DNA of 64,000 nucleotides from an uncultured Gemmatimonadaceae bacterium. Its GTDB lineage: Bacteria; Gemmatimonadota; Gemmatimonadetes; Gemmatimonadales; Gemmatimonadaceae. This document shows positions 9,772 to 18,804 of this stretch, one piece after another. The translations under genes and the position numbers were made by a program. The notes beneath the pieces were generated by a model. That model did not search any database. It worked only from the letters and a program-made list of their open reading frames with translations, and had not been told where the DNA came from. Position 1 is the stretch's first letter; every line of letters begins with the position of its first letter. The stretch covers positions 1,600,001 to 1,664,000 of the forward strand of contig CAVXGK010000001.1 of the NCBI GenBank assembly GCA_963761305.1, written 5' to 3'.

Positions 9772-9803
9772 GGTGGACGGGTGGACGGGTGGACGGGTGG
9801 ACC
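9772..9803 (+). repeat. Octamer tandem repeat (GGTGGACG)x3 + GGTGGACC
   Basis: Read directly from the sequence; degenerate copies continue to ~9820. Confidence 0.9.
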
Positions 9804-10004
9804 GGCAGAACCAGACAGCCAGGCGGCAAGTCGGCACACGAACCTGTCGCGTCCCTCAGTCCCTCCCCACGAACAACTTCAGTCTTTTTGATTTTTGACG
9901 TTCTCGCGTTCTCCGCGCGGTTACAGCGGCAAGACGCAGAGCGTCTTGGAGGAGTATCGGCGTGAACCCGCCGATTCTTGATCGCGCGCATCAAACTCAT
10001 CCGT

Positions 10005-11450
10005 ATGGCGACGATTCTCTGCCTCGACGACGAACCGGCAATCGGGTTGATCCTCCAGGACACCCTGGAGCGAGCCGGCCATCAAGCCGTCGCGGCGCAC
10101 AACGTCCCGCAGGCGTTGCAAGCCCTGTCGGGCGGCGCCATAGACCTCATCATCTCCGATTACCGGATGCCCGGGCTCACCGGGCTCGAATTTCTCGCGC
10201 TGCTCAGACAGGAAGGCCACGACACGCCCCTCATCATGCTGACCGGCTACGGCAGCATCGAGCACGCGGTGTCGGCGATCAAGGCGGGCGCGATCGACTA
10301 CATCACCAAGCCGGTGCGCCCCGAGCAGCTCGAGCTCGCGGTGAATCAGGCGCTCGAGGTGGTCCGTCTCCGCCGCGAGAACGAACGGCTGCGGCGAGAG
10401 GTGCTCGAGTTCCGCAACGAGCGTCAGATCATCGGCACCAGCGCGGCCATTCGACGTGTGCTGCAAACCGTCGCCACGGCCGCGCCGACGCGCGCCACCG
10501 TGCTCCTCGAGGGAGAATCGGGAACCGGCAAGGAGCTCTTCGCGCGCACGATCCACGTGCAAAGTGATCGTCGCGACGGGCCGTTCATCCAGCTCAACTG
10601 CGCCGCGCTCCCCGAAGGCCTCGTGGAGAGCGCGCTCTTCGGCCACGAGAAGGGCGCGTTCACCGGCGCGATTCGTCGGGTGGAAGGCGCGTTCGAGCGC
10701 GCCCACGGCGGAACGCTGCTGCTCGACGAGATCTCGGAGATGCGGCTCGATCTTCAAGCGAAGTTGCTTCGCGTGCTGCAAGAACAGGAGTTCGAGCGCG
10801 TCGGCGGATCGACGCCGATCAAGGTGGATGTCCGCATCGTCGCGACGACGAATAGGGATCTCGCCGTGTTCGCCGCCGCGGGAAACTTTCGTCAGGATCT
10901 CTACTATAGATTGAGCGTCATTCCCGTCCGTCTGCCGCCGCTCCGCGAGCGTCGCGACGACATACCGCTCCTCTCATATCGGTTCGCCGCACACTACGGG
11001 CAGGAGATCCGCAAGGAGATCACCGGCATTTCGCCCGAAGCCGCGGAACTGTTGCAGGGATACGACTGGCCGGGTAATGTCCGCGAGTTGCAGCACGCGG
11101 TGGAACGGGCGGTGATTCTCACGCCCGAGCCGATGATCCCGTTGCACGCGTTCGACGGACAGCGGTTCGGGTTGAGCGGCGCGTGGAGCGGACCGACGCC
11201 GACGCGAATCCCCAACGCGCTGTTTCACACGAACGGAAACGGCACCGCACCATCGGCGCCGGCGATACCGGATGGCGCGGTCGTCTTCACCTCGCTCAAC
11301 GTGGACGAGGCGGAAGCAAAGTTGATCGAGCGCGCGCTCGAGGTGTCGAACGGCAATCGTACGCGCGCGGCGGATTTGCTGGGCATCAGCGTGAGAACTC
11401 TTCGCAACAAGTTGAACGGAACGAAGGCGGACAGCGACGGAGGGAGTTAG
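10005..11450 (+). CDS. Sigma54-dependent response regulator (NtrC family; FleR/FlrC/FlbD-like)
   Basis: Receiver (LDDE, ISDYRMP, KP), Walker A GESGTGKE, GAFTGA loop, LLLDE, WPGNVREL, HTH GNRTRAADLLGISVRTLRNKL. Confidence 0.93.
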   Translation: MATILCLDDEPAIGLILQDTLERAGHQAVAAHNVPQALQALSGGAIDLIISDYRMPGLTGLEFLALLRQEGHDTPLIMLTGYGSIEHAVSAIKAGAIDYITKPVRPEQLELAVNQALEVVRLRRENERLRREVLEFRNERQIIGTSAAIRRVLQTVATAAPTRATVLLEGESGTGKELFARTIHVQSDRRDGPFIQLNCAALPEGLVESALFGHEKGAFTGAIRRVEGAFERAHGGTLLLDEISEMRLDLQAKLLRVLQEQEFERVGGSTPIKVDVRIVATTNRDLAVFAAAGNFRQDLYYRLSVIPVRLPPLRERRDDIPLLSYRFAAHYGQEIRKEITGISPEAAELLQGYDWPGNVRELQHAVERAVILTPEPMIPLHAFDGQRFGLSGAWSGPTPTRIPNALFHTNGNGTAPSAPAIPDGAVVFTSLNVDEAEAKLIERALEVSNGNRTRAADLLGISVRTLRNKLNGTKADSDGGS

Positions 11451-11454
11451 ATCC

Positions 11455-12561
11455 ATGATCAATCGCGCGAGTTTGGCGGCAGTCGTCTCGGTCGGGGTGT
11501 TGGCAGCGGGCTGCCACGCCCCGTCTTCAGTTTCAGCCAGCCCCGCGGCGTCGATGAACGCGGCCACCACGAGCTGGCCGGCGCCCTCGCCCGGCCGCAC
11601 GTACACGCTCATGCCGACGCCGGCGACCGTCGCCTGGGGCTGGTACGACGCGGCGGGCCAACCCGTGCTCCGCGTCGCGTCGGGCGACGAAGTCGTCGTG
11701 CGCGCGCTCTCCACGTGCAGCCCGATGTCGCTCGTACGCGCGGGTCTCGACTCGACTCGCGTCGAGCAGCTCGCGAAGGACATCTACGCCGCGCGCTCGA
11801 CGATGAAGGTCGGCCCCGGAGGTCACATCCTCACCGGCCCGATCTACGTCGAGGGCGCCGACTCGGGCGACGTGCTCGAGGTCCGCTTCAAGTCGATCAA
11901 GCCGGCGATCAACTACGCGTGCAACTCGTTCGGGCCGCGCAGCGGATTCCTGCCCGAGGATTTTCCGGGCCCGGGACACTCGAAGATCATCGAGCTCGAC
12001 ACCGTCAACATGATCGGCCATTTCGGCCCGGGCATCGACATTCCGCTGCATCCGTTCTTCGGCAGCGTCGGCGTCGCACCACCGGCGTCGATGGGTCGCT
12101 TGAACAGCGCACCGCCCGGCATCCACGCGGGGAATCTCGACAACAAAGAGCTCGTCGCCGGCACGACGCTCTACATCCCGGTGTGGACCAAGGGCGCGCT
12201 CCTCGAGATCGGCGACGGGCACGCCGGCCAAGGCAACGGCGAAGTCGACATCACGGCGATGGAAACCTCGCTCATCTCCCGCATGCAGCTCGTCGTGCGC
12301 AAAGACATGCATCTCTCCTGGCCGCGCGCCGAGACGCCCAATTACTACATCGCGATGGGGACCGACTCGGCGCTCGTCAAAGCGACGAAGACGGCCGTGC
12401 GTCAGGGGATCGAGCTACTCGTCGACGTGAAGCACATGTCGCGCGAGGACGCCTACCAGCTCCTCAGCGTTTCCAGCGACGTGGACATCACGCAGCTCGT
12501 GGACGGCACCGTCGGCGTCCACGTGATGATCCCGAAGGCGATCTTCACGACCAAGCGCTAG
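11455..12561 (+). CDS. Acetamidase/formamidase family protein, lipoprotein-like signal
   Basis: TVAWG, HILTGPIYVEGA, HAGNLDNKEL, GDGHAGQGNGEV, ITQLVD; LAAGC lipobox. Confidence 0.9.
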   Translation: MINRASLAAVVSVGVLAAGCHAPSSVSASPAASMNAATTSWPAPSPGRTYTLMPTPATVAWGWYDAAGQPVLRVASGDEVVVRALSTCSPMSLVRAGLDSTRVEQLAKDIYAARSTMKVGPGGHILTGPIYVEGADSGDVLEVRFKSIKPAINYACNSFGPRSGFLPEDFPGPGHSKIIELDTVNMIGHFGPGIDIPLHPFFGSVGVAPPASMGRLNSAPPGIHAGNLDNKELVAGTTLYIPVWTKGALLEIGDGHAGQGNGEVDITAMETSLISRMQLVVRKDMHLSWPRAETPNYYIAMGTDSALVKATKTAVRQGIELLVDVKHMSREDAYQLLSVSSDVDITQLVDGTVGVHVMIPKAIFTTKR

Positions 12562-12773
12562 TCGGCGGTCGACGGCGCCTGCCGTCGCGGACCATGCCGA
12601 ATCGAGCGGGGCGACACGGTCGCTCCGCTCGATTGCTTTAGCCGTCTGCCACAGCCCTTGGCATTTCGGCATGAACCATTTCCGCCGACCTGCGCGGAAA
12701 ATCTTGCCGTTTGAACGTTTATTGCCGGGTCGCGGGAATTCCTAAAGTGCGAGACGGCATCGGGCGGCAGGTC

Positions 12774-12788
12774 TGGTAAATCTTTTGC
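12774..12788 (+). promoter_or_regulatory. Candidate sigma54 -24/-12 promoter upstream of fliA
   Basis: TGGTAAATCTTTTGC (GG-N10-GC); a second, weaker GG-N10-GC lies at 12850-12864. Confidence 0.35.
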
Positions 12789-12993
12789 GGCAAGCAATTT
12801 AGCTAAAGCGCGCTCGGCAGCGGATTTTGCAAGAGCCTGAGCAGCGAACTGGTCCACAGCGTGCCAATGATGAGACGCGCGTCACGTTTGGCCGCACGCC
12901 GTCCCACACCGCTGGACCGCACCGCCTCAGCGCCACACAACGCCCGACCGCCCCCAGTCTCCCCTGCCTCGGCAACTGCCGGGAGTCGAAAAC

Positions 12994-13746
12994 ATGGAAC
13001 CGCGTCTCACGTGGAAGGCCTTCGCCGCCGGCGATCTGGCCGCCCGCGATGCTCTCTTGATGGAGAACCTCAGCCTCGTGCATCATGTCGCGCGTCAGCT
13101 CGAGCGCAAACTGAGCAACGAGCTCGATCACGACGAGTTGGTGAGCGCAGGAACGCTCGGCTTGATGTCCGCCATGACCGCATTCGACCCGGAGCGCGGC
13201 CTCGCGTTCAGCACATTCGCCGTCCCGCGAATCCGCGGCGCGATCCTCGACGAGCTGCGCAGGCAAGACCACGTGCCGCGATCGGTGCGCCGCAAGACAC
13301 GCGATATCCAGGCCGCATCACACGCCGTCGCGGCGCGCGTCGGCCGAGCGCCGGAAGACTCCGAGGTTGCGCAGGCACTCGGCGTCGACGTGCACACGCT
13401 GTGGAAATGGGAGTCCGACGTCGAAGGCGCGATCCGTGTCCCGATCGACCGTCCCGTGAACGAGCGCGGCGAGGCCCAGTCATCCCTCCTCGACCTGCTG
13501 CACACGGATCCGTCTGACGGCGTGGACGAACAGCTTGGCAGGGAGCAGGAAGTCACGATCCTGCGCGAGGCGATCATGCGCCTCAAGGAGCAGGAGCGGA
13601 CGGTGCTCGCGCTGTACTACTTCGAGGAGCTCAAGCTGCACGAGATCGCGGAGATTCTCGGGCTGACGGAGTCGAGAGTGTCGCAGGTGCGCTCGAAGGC
13701 GCTCGCGAGACTGCGTGAGCAAGTGGGCATGTCGCTAGCGTCGTAA
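12994..13746 (+). CDS. fliA: RNA polymerase sigma factor FliA/WhiG (sigma28)
   Basis: DELVSAGTLGL, FDPERGLAFSTFAVPRIRGAILDELRRQDHVPRSVR, region 4 LYYFEELKLHEIAEILGLTESRVSQ. Confidence 0.95.
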   Translation: MEPRLTWKAFAAGDLAARDALLMENLSLVHHVARQLERKLSNELDHDELVSAGTLGLMSAMTAFDPERGLAFSTFAVPRIRGAILDELRRQDHVPRSVRRKTRDIQAASHAVAARVGRAPEDSEVAQALGVDVHTLWKWESDVEGAIRVPIDRPVNERGEAQSSLLDLLHTDPSDGVDEQLGREQEVTILREAIMRLKEQERTVLALYYFEELKLHEIAEILGLTESRVSQVRSKALARLREQVGMSLAS

Positions 13747-13749
13747 CTC

Positions 13750-13797
13750 CCGGTCCACCGGTCTACCGGTCTACCGGTCCACCGCTCTACCGGTCTT
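13750..13797 (+). repeat. Octamer tandem repeat CCGGTC(C/T)A x6 between convergent genes
   Basis: ccggtcca ccggtcta ccggtcta ccggtcca ccgctcta ccggtctt. Confidence 0.9.
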
Positions 13798-14956
13798 AGA
13801 CCACGTTGTATTCGCCGACGACGCTGCCAGTTGAGAACCGCGCGATTCGCAGGGCATCGATGTCGATCGTGCTCGCGCGGCCGTCGAGAATTTCTTCGGC
13901 CATGAGAAGTCCGGCCGCGGGGCCGTGCATGAGCCCGTGGCCGCTGAAGCCCGCGCACACGAAGAGGCCGTCGACCTCCGGCACGGCGCCGAGAATCGGC
14001 TGGTCGTCCGGCGTCACCTCGTAGAGACCCGCCCACTCGGCAGAAATCTCCGCGTCGGCCAAGAGCGGCATGCGCTCGACCGCACGCTCGATGTGCTGCA
14101 AGCGCCAGTCTTCGTCGACGCGCGTGTCGAATCCCGGCGGTTCGTCGCGGTTGGACATTCCAGTGAGGATTCCGTCGCCCTCGCGGTGGAAATAGAGCGC
14201 GCGCGAGAAGTCGATCACGAATGGAAAATCGGCGCGCAATGAGGGAATGGCGCTCGTGACGGCGATCTGCCGGCGCACTGGCTGAATCGGAAGCTCGACG
14301 CCCGCCATTGCGCCGACCGCAGCCGACCAAGGACCGGCGGCGATCACGACCCGCGGCGCAACGATCGTCTCTCCGGCCACGTCTACGCTGCGCACGCGAC
14401 CGCCGGACACGGTGATTCCGTCGGCGCCGCTGCTCGTCTCCAGCGCCGCGCCGAGTCGTCGCGCCTGCGACACATAGCCCTGCAGCAGGCCATTCGGATC
14501 GACCAGCCCGTCGGCGGCGCACCACGTGCCGCCGACGATCCCCGTCAGGTCGATCTCCGGCGCGAGAGCGGCGATCTCCGCGCGATCCACTTCGCGGCTC
14601 GGCACCCCCAATCGATTCTGGAGCGCGACGTTCGCGCGGAACTGCGCGAGATCGGCGTCGTTGTCGAGCAGAAAGAGATATCCGCAGCGGCGGAGACCCA
14701 CCGCCTGATCCATCTCGGCCGGGAATCGTTCCATCATGCCGATGCTGAGCTTCGACAGCTCGATGTTCACCGCGGTCGCGAACTGGTGTCTCACGCCGCC
14801 GGCGTTGAGTCCCGTGGAGCCGAGGCCGAACATCTCGCCGCGCTCGAGGACTACGACGTTCGTGCAACCGCGCCGCGCGAGGTGATAGGCGATGCTCGCG
14901 CCCATGATTCCGCCGCCGATGATGACGACGTCCGCCGTGCAATTTGATGAGGGCAT
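13796..14956 (-). CDS. FAD-dependent oxidoreductase (DAO / sarcosine oxidase beta-like)
   Basis: DVVIIGGGIMG, GSTGLNAGGVR, AAGPWS, WAGLYEVTPD, GFSGHGLMHGPAAG. Confidence 0.9.
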   Translation of the reverse strand: MPSSNCTADVVIIGGGIMGASIAYHLARRGCTNVVVLERGEMFGLGSTGLNAGGVRHQFATAVNIELSKLSIGMMERFPAEMDQAVGLRRCGYLFLLDNDADLAQFRANVALQNRLGVPSREVDRAEIAALAPEIDLTGIVGGTWCAADGLVDPNGLLQGYVSQARRLGAALETSSGADGITVSGGRVRSVDVAGETIVAPRVVIAAGPWSAAVGAMAGVELPIQPVRRQIAVTSAIPSLRADFPFVIDFSRALYFHREGDGILTGMSNRDEPPGFDTRVDEDWRLQHIERAVERMPLLADAEISAEWAGLYEVTPDDQPILGAVPEVDGLFVCAGFSGHGLMHGPAAGLLMAEEILDGRASTIDIDALRIARFSTGSVVGEYNVV

Positions 14957-15177
14957 GGAACGAAAAGTTACTTCACTCGCGCGCGCCATTCACGGCGGGC
15001 GTCTTTCAGTTCTGTAGCGAAGCGGAGCCGCGCCTTGCGCCGCGCCCGGCAAGTTCCTCCTCGTCGGCAAGGAATTCCCGCCGGCGGGTGCCGCCGCGGT
15101 TGGTCGTTCTCCGGCGAATGCGATGGTAACGCGTTGATGAGAAAGGTCATATCGGATTCAGCGTTTTCGCGCCGATT

Positions 15178-15193
15178 GGGCACCGGGATTGCC
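15178..15193 (+). promoter_or_regulatory. Sigma54 -24/-12 promoter of the flgN-like gene
   Basis: GGGCACCGGGATTGCC = GG-CAC-N5-TT-GC with exact GG-N10-GC spacing. Confidence 0.65.
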
Positions 15194-15228
15194 TTTGAGA
15201 GCCGCGCATCTCCCTCATGCTCATCGTG

Positions 15229-15645
15229 ATGTCGACGGCACTCCTGCGTAGCCCGGCCGAAGATCTTTCGCCGGCGCCGCTTTCTCCAATCGAATCGCTG
15301 GCCGAAGCGCTCAACGCCGAGCGTCGTCTGCTCGACCACCTGAGCGAAGTGGTGCGGCGCCAGCGCACTGCCGTCGCCACCGACGACATGGATGCGGTCA
15401 GCGATTGCGTGTTCGCGACGCATCGCGTGCTCGTCACCCTGCGTGAGGCGCGCTCGCACCGGCAGTCGATCGGCACGCTGATCGGATTGCCGGCCGGCGC
15501 CGACGCGGGAACCGACTCGCTCGAGCGCGCGCTTGGCGCTCGAATGACGCCGGCGATTCGCACCGCGCGCGACGAGCTGCACCACGCGGCGCGCACCTTG
15601 GCCCGCGAGGTTGCCGCGACGCGCAGCGGGACTGCGTCAAGCTGA
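15229..15645 (+). CDS. flgN: FlgN-like flagellar export chaperone, C-terminus apparently shortened
   Basis: Helical LAEALNAERRLLDHL...RQRTAVATDDMDAV pattern typical of FlgN; lacks the usual N..l C-terminal segment and overlaps the convergent gene by 9 nt. Confidence 0.6.
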   Translation: MSTALLRSPAEDLSPAPLSPIESLAEALNAERRLLDHLSEVVRRQRTAVATDDMDAVSDCVFATHRVLVTLREARSHRQSIGTLIGLPAGADAGTDSLERALGARMTPAIRTARDELHHAARTLAREVAATRSGTASS

Positions 15646-16392
15646 ACGCTGATCCGCCGCCCGACGCGTCTTGAGCGTCGGCAGCCGGAGCTCCACCGCG
15701 CCCTCGCGCCGGCTAACGGCGCCGCCCAGCATCGTCGAGAGTCGTTCCGCGTAGGGCGCGCGCACCGGTGTCGGGATTTCGCCGACCGGCTGCGGGCCGA
15801 CGCGAAATTCGACTTTCACCCAGCGATCGTCCGATTCGATGGTCGCGTGGACCGACGCGCGATTCGCCTTGGCGAGCCGCTTCGCGTCGTTGAGGATCAA
15901 CACCAGGACGCGCACCAACGCCCATCGCTCGGCGCGCACCGGCTCGACGAAGCGCGTCGGCACGATCGTGAAGGGTGTATCGCGCAGATCGTGCAGGAAC
16001 GCGTGGACGGCGAGCACGTCGGCGATCACGTCGTCGATGATGAGCGGTTCTTCGTCGGCGTCGGCCCGCGGCAGCAGACGCATCGCCCGGGCGCAGTCCT
16101 CCAGGCGTGTCAGCTCTTTCGAGAGGCTCGCGAACGCCGGGTCGTTGGGCGGTAGGTCGCCAAGTCGCGTGAGCTCGAGCAACGCCGAGAGCGAGCCGAT
16201 TCGGTTGTTGAGCGCGTGGTGGACGCCGTGGCACACCTGGTCCACGATCAACAGCCACTCGTCAGCCACTTCGCCTTCGACCCCCGGCGCGATCGGCGCC
16301 GCGATCGTTTGGAAGGCCGCGGGAGGCGCGGGCGGGTGTGAGACCGGGGGGGCCGGGGGGGGCGGAACGGCTGGGGCGCCCGGGTGCGTCAT
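15637..16392 (-). CDS. Hypothetical protein resembling a degenerate histidine kinase (DHp + vestigial CA)
   Basis: Pro-rich N-terminus, GVHHALNNRIGSL H-box-like segment, LVRVLVLILNDA N-box-like segment; no DxGxG or GxGLGL boxes. Confidence 0.55.
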   Translation of the reverse strand: MTHPGAPAVPPPPAPPVSHPPAPPAAFQTIAAPIAPGVEGEVADEWLLIVDQVCHGVHHALNNRIGSLSALLELTRLGDLPPNDPAFASLSKELTRLEDCARAMRLLPRADADEEPLIIDDVIADVLAVHAFLHDLRDTPFTIVPTRFVEPVRAERWALVRVLVLILNDAKRLAKANRASVHATIESDDRWVKVEFRVGPQPVGEIPTPVRAPYAERLSTMLGGAVSRREGAVELRLPTLKTRRAADQRSA

Positions 16393-16567
16393 CGTTGGAC
16401 CCGTCGAGTCGAGGGTGACAGCGCGGAAAGTTAATGGGCGTACTGCGGTTTGGCCGCCAAAATGACCGGTTGCGGGAACAGGAGTCGTGTTTAGTTGGTT
16501 GATTGGATCATGAGGGCCGGCGATACTCCTTCGCGGACCCAGACCCTTCGTCTCCGGATGCGTCTCG

Positions 16568-17170
16568 ATGGTTCTCGAAGTCCTGTTGCTCGCCGGCGCG
16601 GTCGCCGCGAATTCGCCGAGAGCGTCGATTCCACCTGATACGTCTACGCTAGCCGTGGTTCAGACGGAGCCGGCCGACTCGGCGCTCCTGCGATTGGCCC
16701 GGATTCCGACGGACACGCCGCATGCGCGCGTCCGCGCGATCGAGGTCAGCGACTGGTACGAGCGGCGTCTGATGATCCACCGATATGTCGCGTACGCCAC
16801 GCTCCCCGTGTTCGGCGCGCAGTGGCTCGCCGGTCAGCAGCTGCTCGACAAGAGTCGTGAAGCGCCGACGTGGGCCAAGACGACCCATCGCGTGGGCGCG
16901 ACGATGCTCGCCGGCATGTTCACCGTGAACACGGTGACGGGATTGTGGAACTGGTGGGATTCGCGCGCGGTGCCGCAGAACCGCGTGCTTCGCACGGTCC
17001 ATGCATTTTCAATGATTGCCTGCGATGCCGCGTTTTCATATACAGGAGCCAAGCTGTCCAACGAAGCCGAGACGAGCAGCTCAGCGCGCACGCTTCACTA
17101 TCAGGTGGCGCTCGTAGCCATGGGCGTAACCGTGTTGAGCGGGACGGCCATGAAGCTCTGGAACAAATAA
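16568..17170 (+). CDS. Hypothetical membrane protein (signal peptide + ~4 TM, His-containing)
   Basis: Hydrophobic segments each preceded by His (IHRY, THRV, VHAF, LHYQ). Confidence 0.7.
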   Translation: MVLEVLLLAGAVAANSPRASIPPDTSTLAVVQTEPADSALLRLARIPTDTPHARVRAIEVSDWYERRLMIHRYVAYATLPVFGAQWLAGQQLLDKSREAPTWAKTTHRVGATMLAGMFTVNTVTGLWNWWDSRAVPQNRVLRTVHAFSMIACDAAFSYTGAKLSNEAETSSSARTLHYQVALVAMGVTVLSGTAMKLWNK

Positions 17171-17180
17171 CCACGCCCCG

Positions 17181-17681
17181 ATGTTTGTCCCTGAATACAT
17201 CGTTCACTTGTTGAAGCCATGGAATCATTTTTACAGTCACTCCAAGATGGCCGAGACAGTCGTTCAATCGCTGCACATCGTAGGGGTGTTGATGGCCGGC
17301 GGGCTCGCCATCTCCGCTGACCGCGGGACGTTGCGCGCACTCCGAACGCCGGTCTCGGATCGCGCATTCCCCATGCGTGAGCTCGCCGCCGTTCATCGTT
17401 GGGTCCTCACGGGCCTCACGATCGTCGTCGTCAGCGGACTCGGCATGTTGACCGCCGACATCGAGACGTTCTTCGGATCGTGGGTTTATTGGACCAAGAT
17501 GGCGCTGTTCGTCGTATTACTGGTGAACGGATTGGTGATCGTGCGCACCGAGGGCGAGTTGCGCGCCGATCCTGGAGAGCAGTCTCCGCACTGGGGCCGG
17601 CTCCGAATCCGGGCGCTCTCGAGCATCGGGCTCTGGTTCACCATCACCGTGCTCGGTGTAGCACTCGTCAACCTGAGTTGA
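17181..17681 (+). CDS. 4-TM membrane protein (CopD/DUF2214/DUF6644-like)
   Basis: LHIVGV, VVSGLGML, YWTKMALFVVLLVNG pattern; operon-like spacing. Confidence 0.6.
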   Translation: MFVPEYIVHLLKPWNHFYSHSKMAETVVQSLHIVGVLMAGGLAISADRGTLRALRTPVSDRAFPMRELAAVHRWVLTGLTIVVVSGLGMLTADIETFFGSWVYWTKMALFVVLLVNGLVIVRTEGELRADPGEQSPHWGRLRIRALSSIGLWFTITVLGVALVNLS

Positions 17682-17691
17682 GCTCCTACTG

Positions 17692-18243
17692 ATGTCTTCA
17701 CGCACCACCGATACGAGCAACGACAATCGCGACGCGGCCGATGCGTGCGCTGGATGCACGGCGATTCCGCGCCGCGGTTTTCTACGAGAGGCCGGCCTGT
17801 TCGCGGCCGGCGTTCTGGTCGCGCTCGGCGCCGCTCCGGCGCGCGCGTCGGCGATGCCGATCGAATTCATTTCGTCGACGCGCGGCGATCGCGAGGATAA
17901 GACGTATCCGATCCCGGCGCAGGACGGCGTGCAGATCGACAAGGACGCCGACGCGATGTTGGCGCGTTGGCAGGGGAAGGTGTTCGCGTTCTCGCTCGCT
18001 TGTCCGCACCAGAACACCGCGCTCCATTGGCAGGACAAGGATCAACAGTTCGAGTGTCCGAAACACCACTCTCGGTTCGACCCGCAAGGCAACTACGTCA
18101 AGGACAGCGGCCGCGCCACTCGTGGACTCGACCGGATGGCCATCCGGAAGGACGCGAACAACGTCGTGGTCAATCTGGACAAGATCTTCCAGCAAGACGA
18201 CGACGAAGCCGACTGGAAGACCGCGTTCGTTTCCCTGACCTAG
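17692..18243 (+). CDS. Tat-exported Rieske [2Fe-2S] protein
   Basis: PRRGFL twin-Arg; CPH...CPKHHSRF Rieske ligands. Confidence 0.88.
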   Translation: MSSRTTDTSNDNRDAADACAGCTAIPRRGFLREAGLFAAGVLVALGAAPARASAMPIEFISSTRGDREDKTYPIPAQDGVQIDKDADAMLARWQGKVFAFSLACPHQNTALHWQDKDQQFECPKHHSRFDPQGNYVKDSGRATRGLDRMAIRKDANNVVVNLDKIFQQDDDEADWKTAFVSLT

Positions 18244-18272
18244 CCTCACGTCGTTCGACGACAACCCGAGTC

Positions 18273-18734
18273 ATGCCCTGCTCCGACTGTTTCAACCGGC
18301 GGGAATTTCTTACGCGATCCGCGCTCGCCGCGGCGGCGTTGGTGGCCGCCGAGGCGTGCGGCGACGGACAAATCGGCCCCCCCGTTCACTCGGGCGCTGG
18401 CGGTGATCCGAACATTCCGATCGGCGGTCCGTTCACGATCACGATCTCACAGTTCGCCGGTCTGGCGACCGTGGGCACGGTCGTCGACATCGGTCACGAG
18501 CGCGCCGTCGTGCGCACCGGCCCGACGACGTTCCTGGCGCTGTCGGAGATCTGCACGCACGAGCAGTGCGATACGAGCGTCACCAACAACCGGTTCGAGT
18601 GCCCGTGTCATGGTTCGATCTTCGCCGCCGACGGGTCGGTCATCCGCGGCCCCGACACCGGCGACTCGATCACGCCGCTGCGCCAGTTGAACGTGGTGTT
18701 CGATCAGGCGGCGGGGACGCTCACGGTTTCCTGA
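18273..18734 (+). CDS. Tat-exported Rieske [2Fe-2S] lipoprotein
   Basis: ATG 18273; NRREFL twin-Arg, AEAC lipobox-like; CTH...CPCHGSIF. Confidence 0.88.
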   Translation: MPCSDCFNRREFLTRSALAAAALVAAEACGDGQIGPPVHSGAGGDPNIPIGGPFTITISQFAGLATVGTVVDIGHERAVVRTGPTTFLALSEICTHEQCDTSVTNNRFECPCHGSIFAADGSVIRGPDTGDSITPLRQLNVVFDQAAGTLTVS

Positions 18735-18804
18735 CGCCGCGTTGTATGCGTCGACGCAAGGCACACGTTCACTCTGCCTTGCGGAGCACCCGTCGCCCCT
18801 TCTG

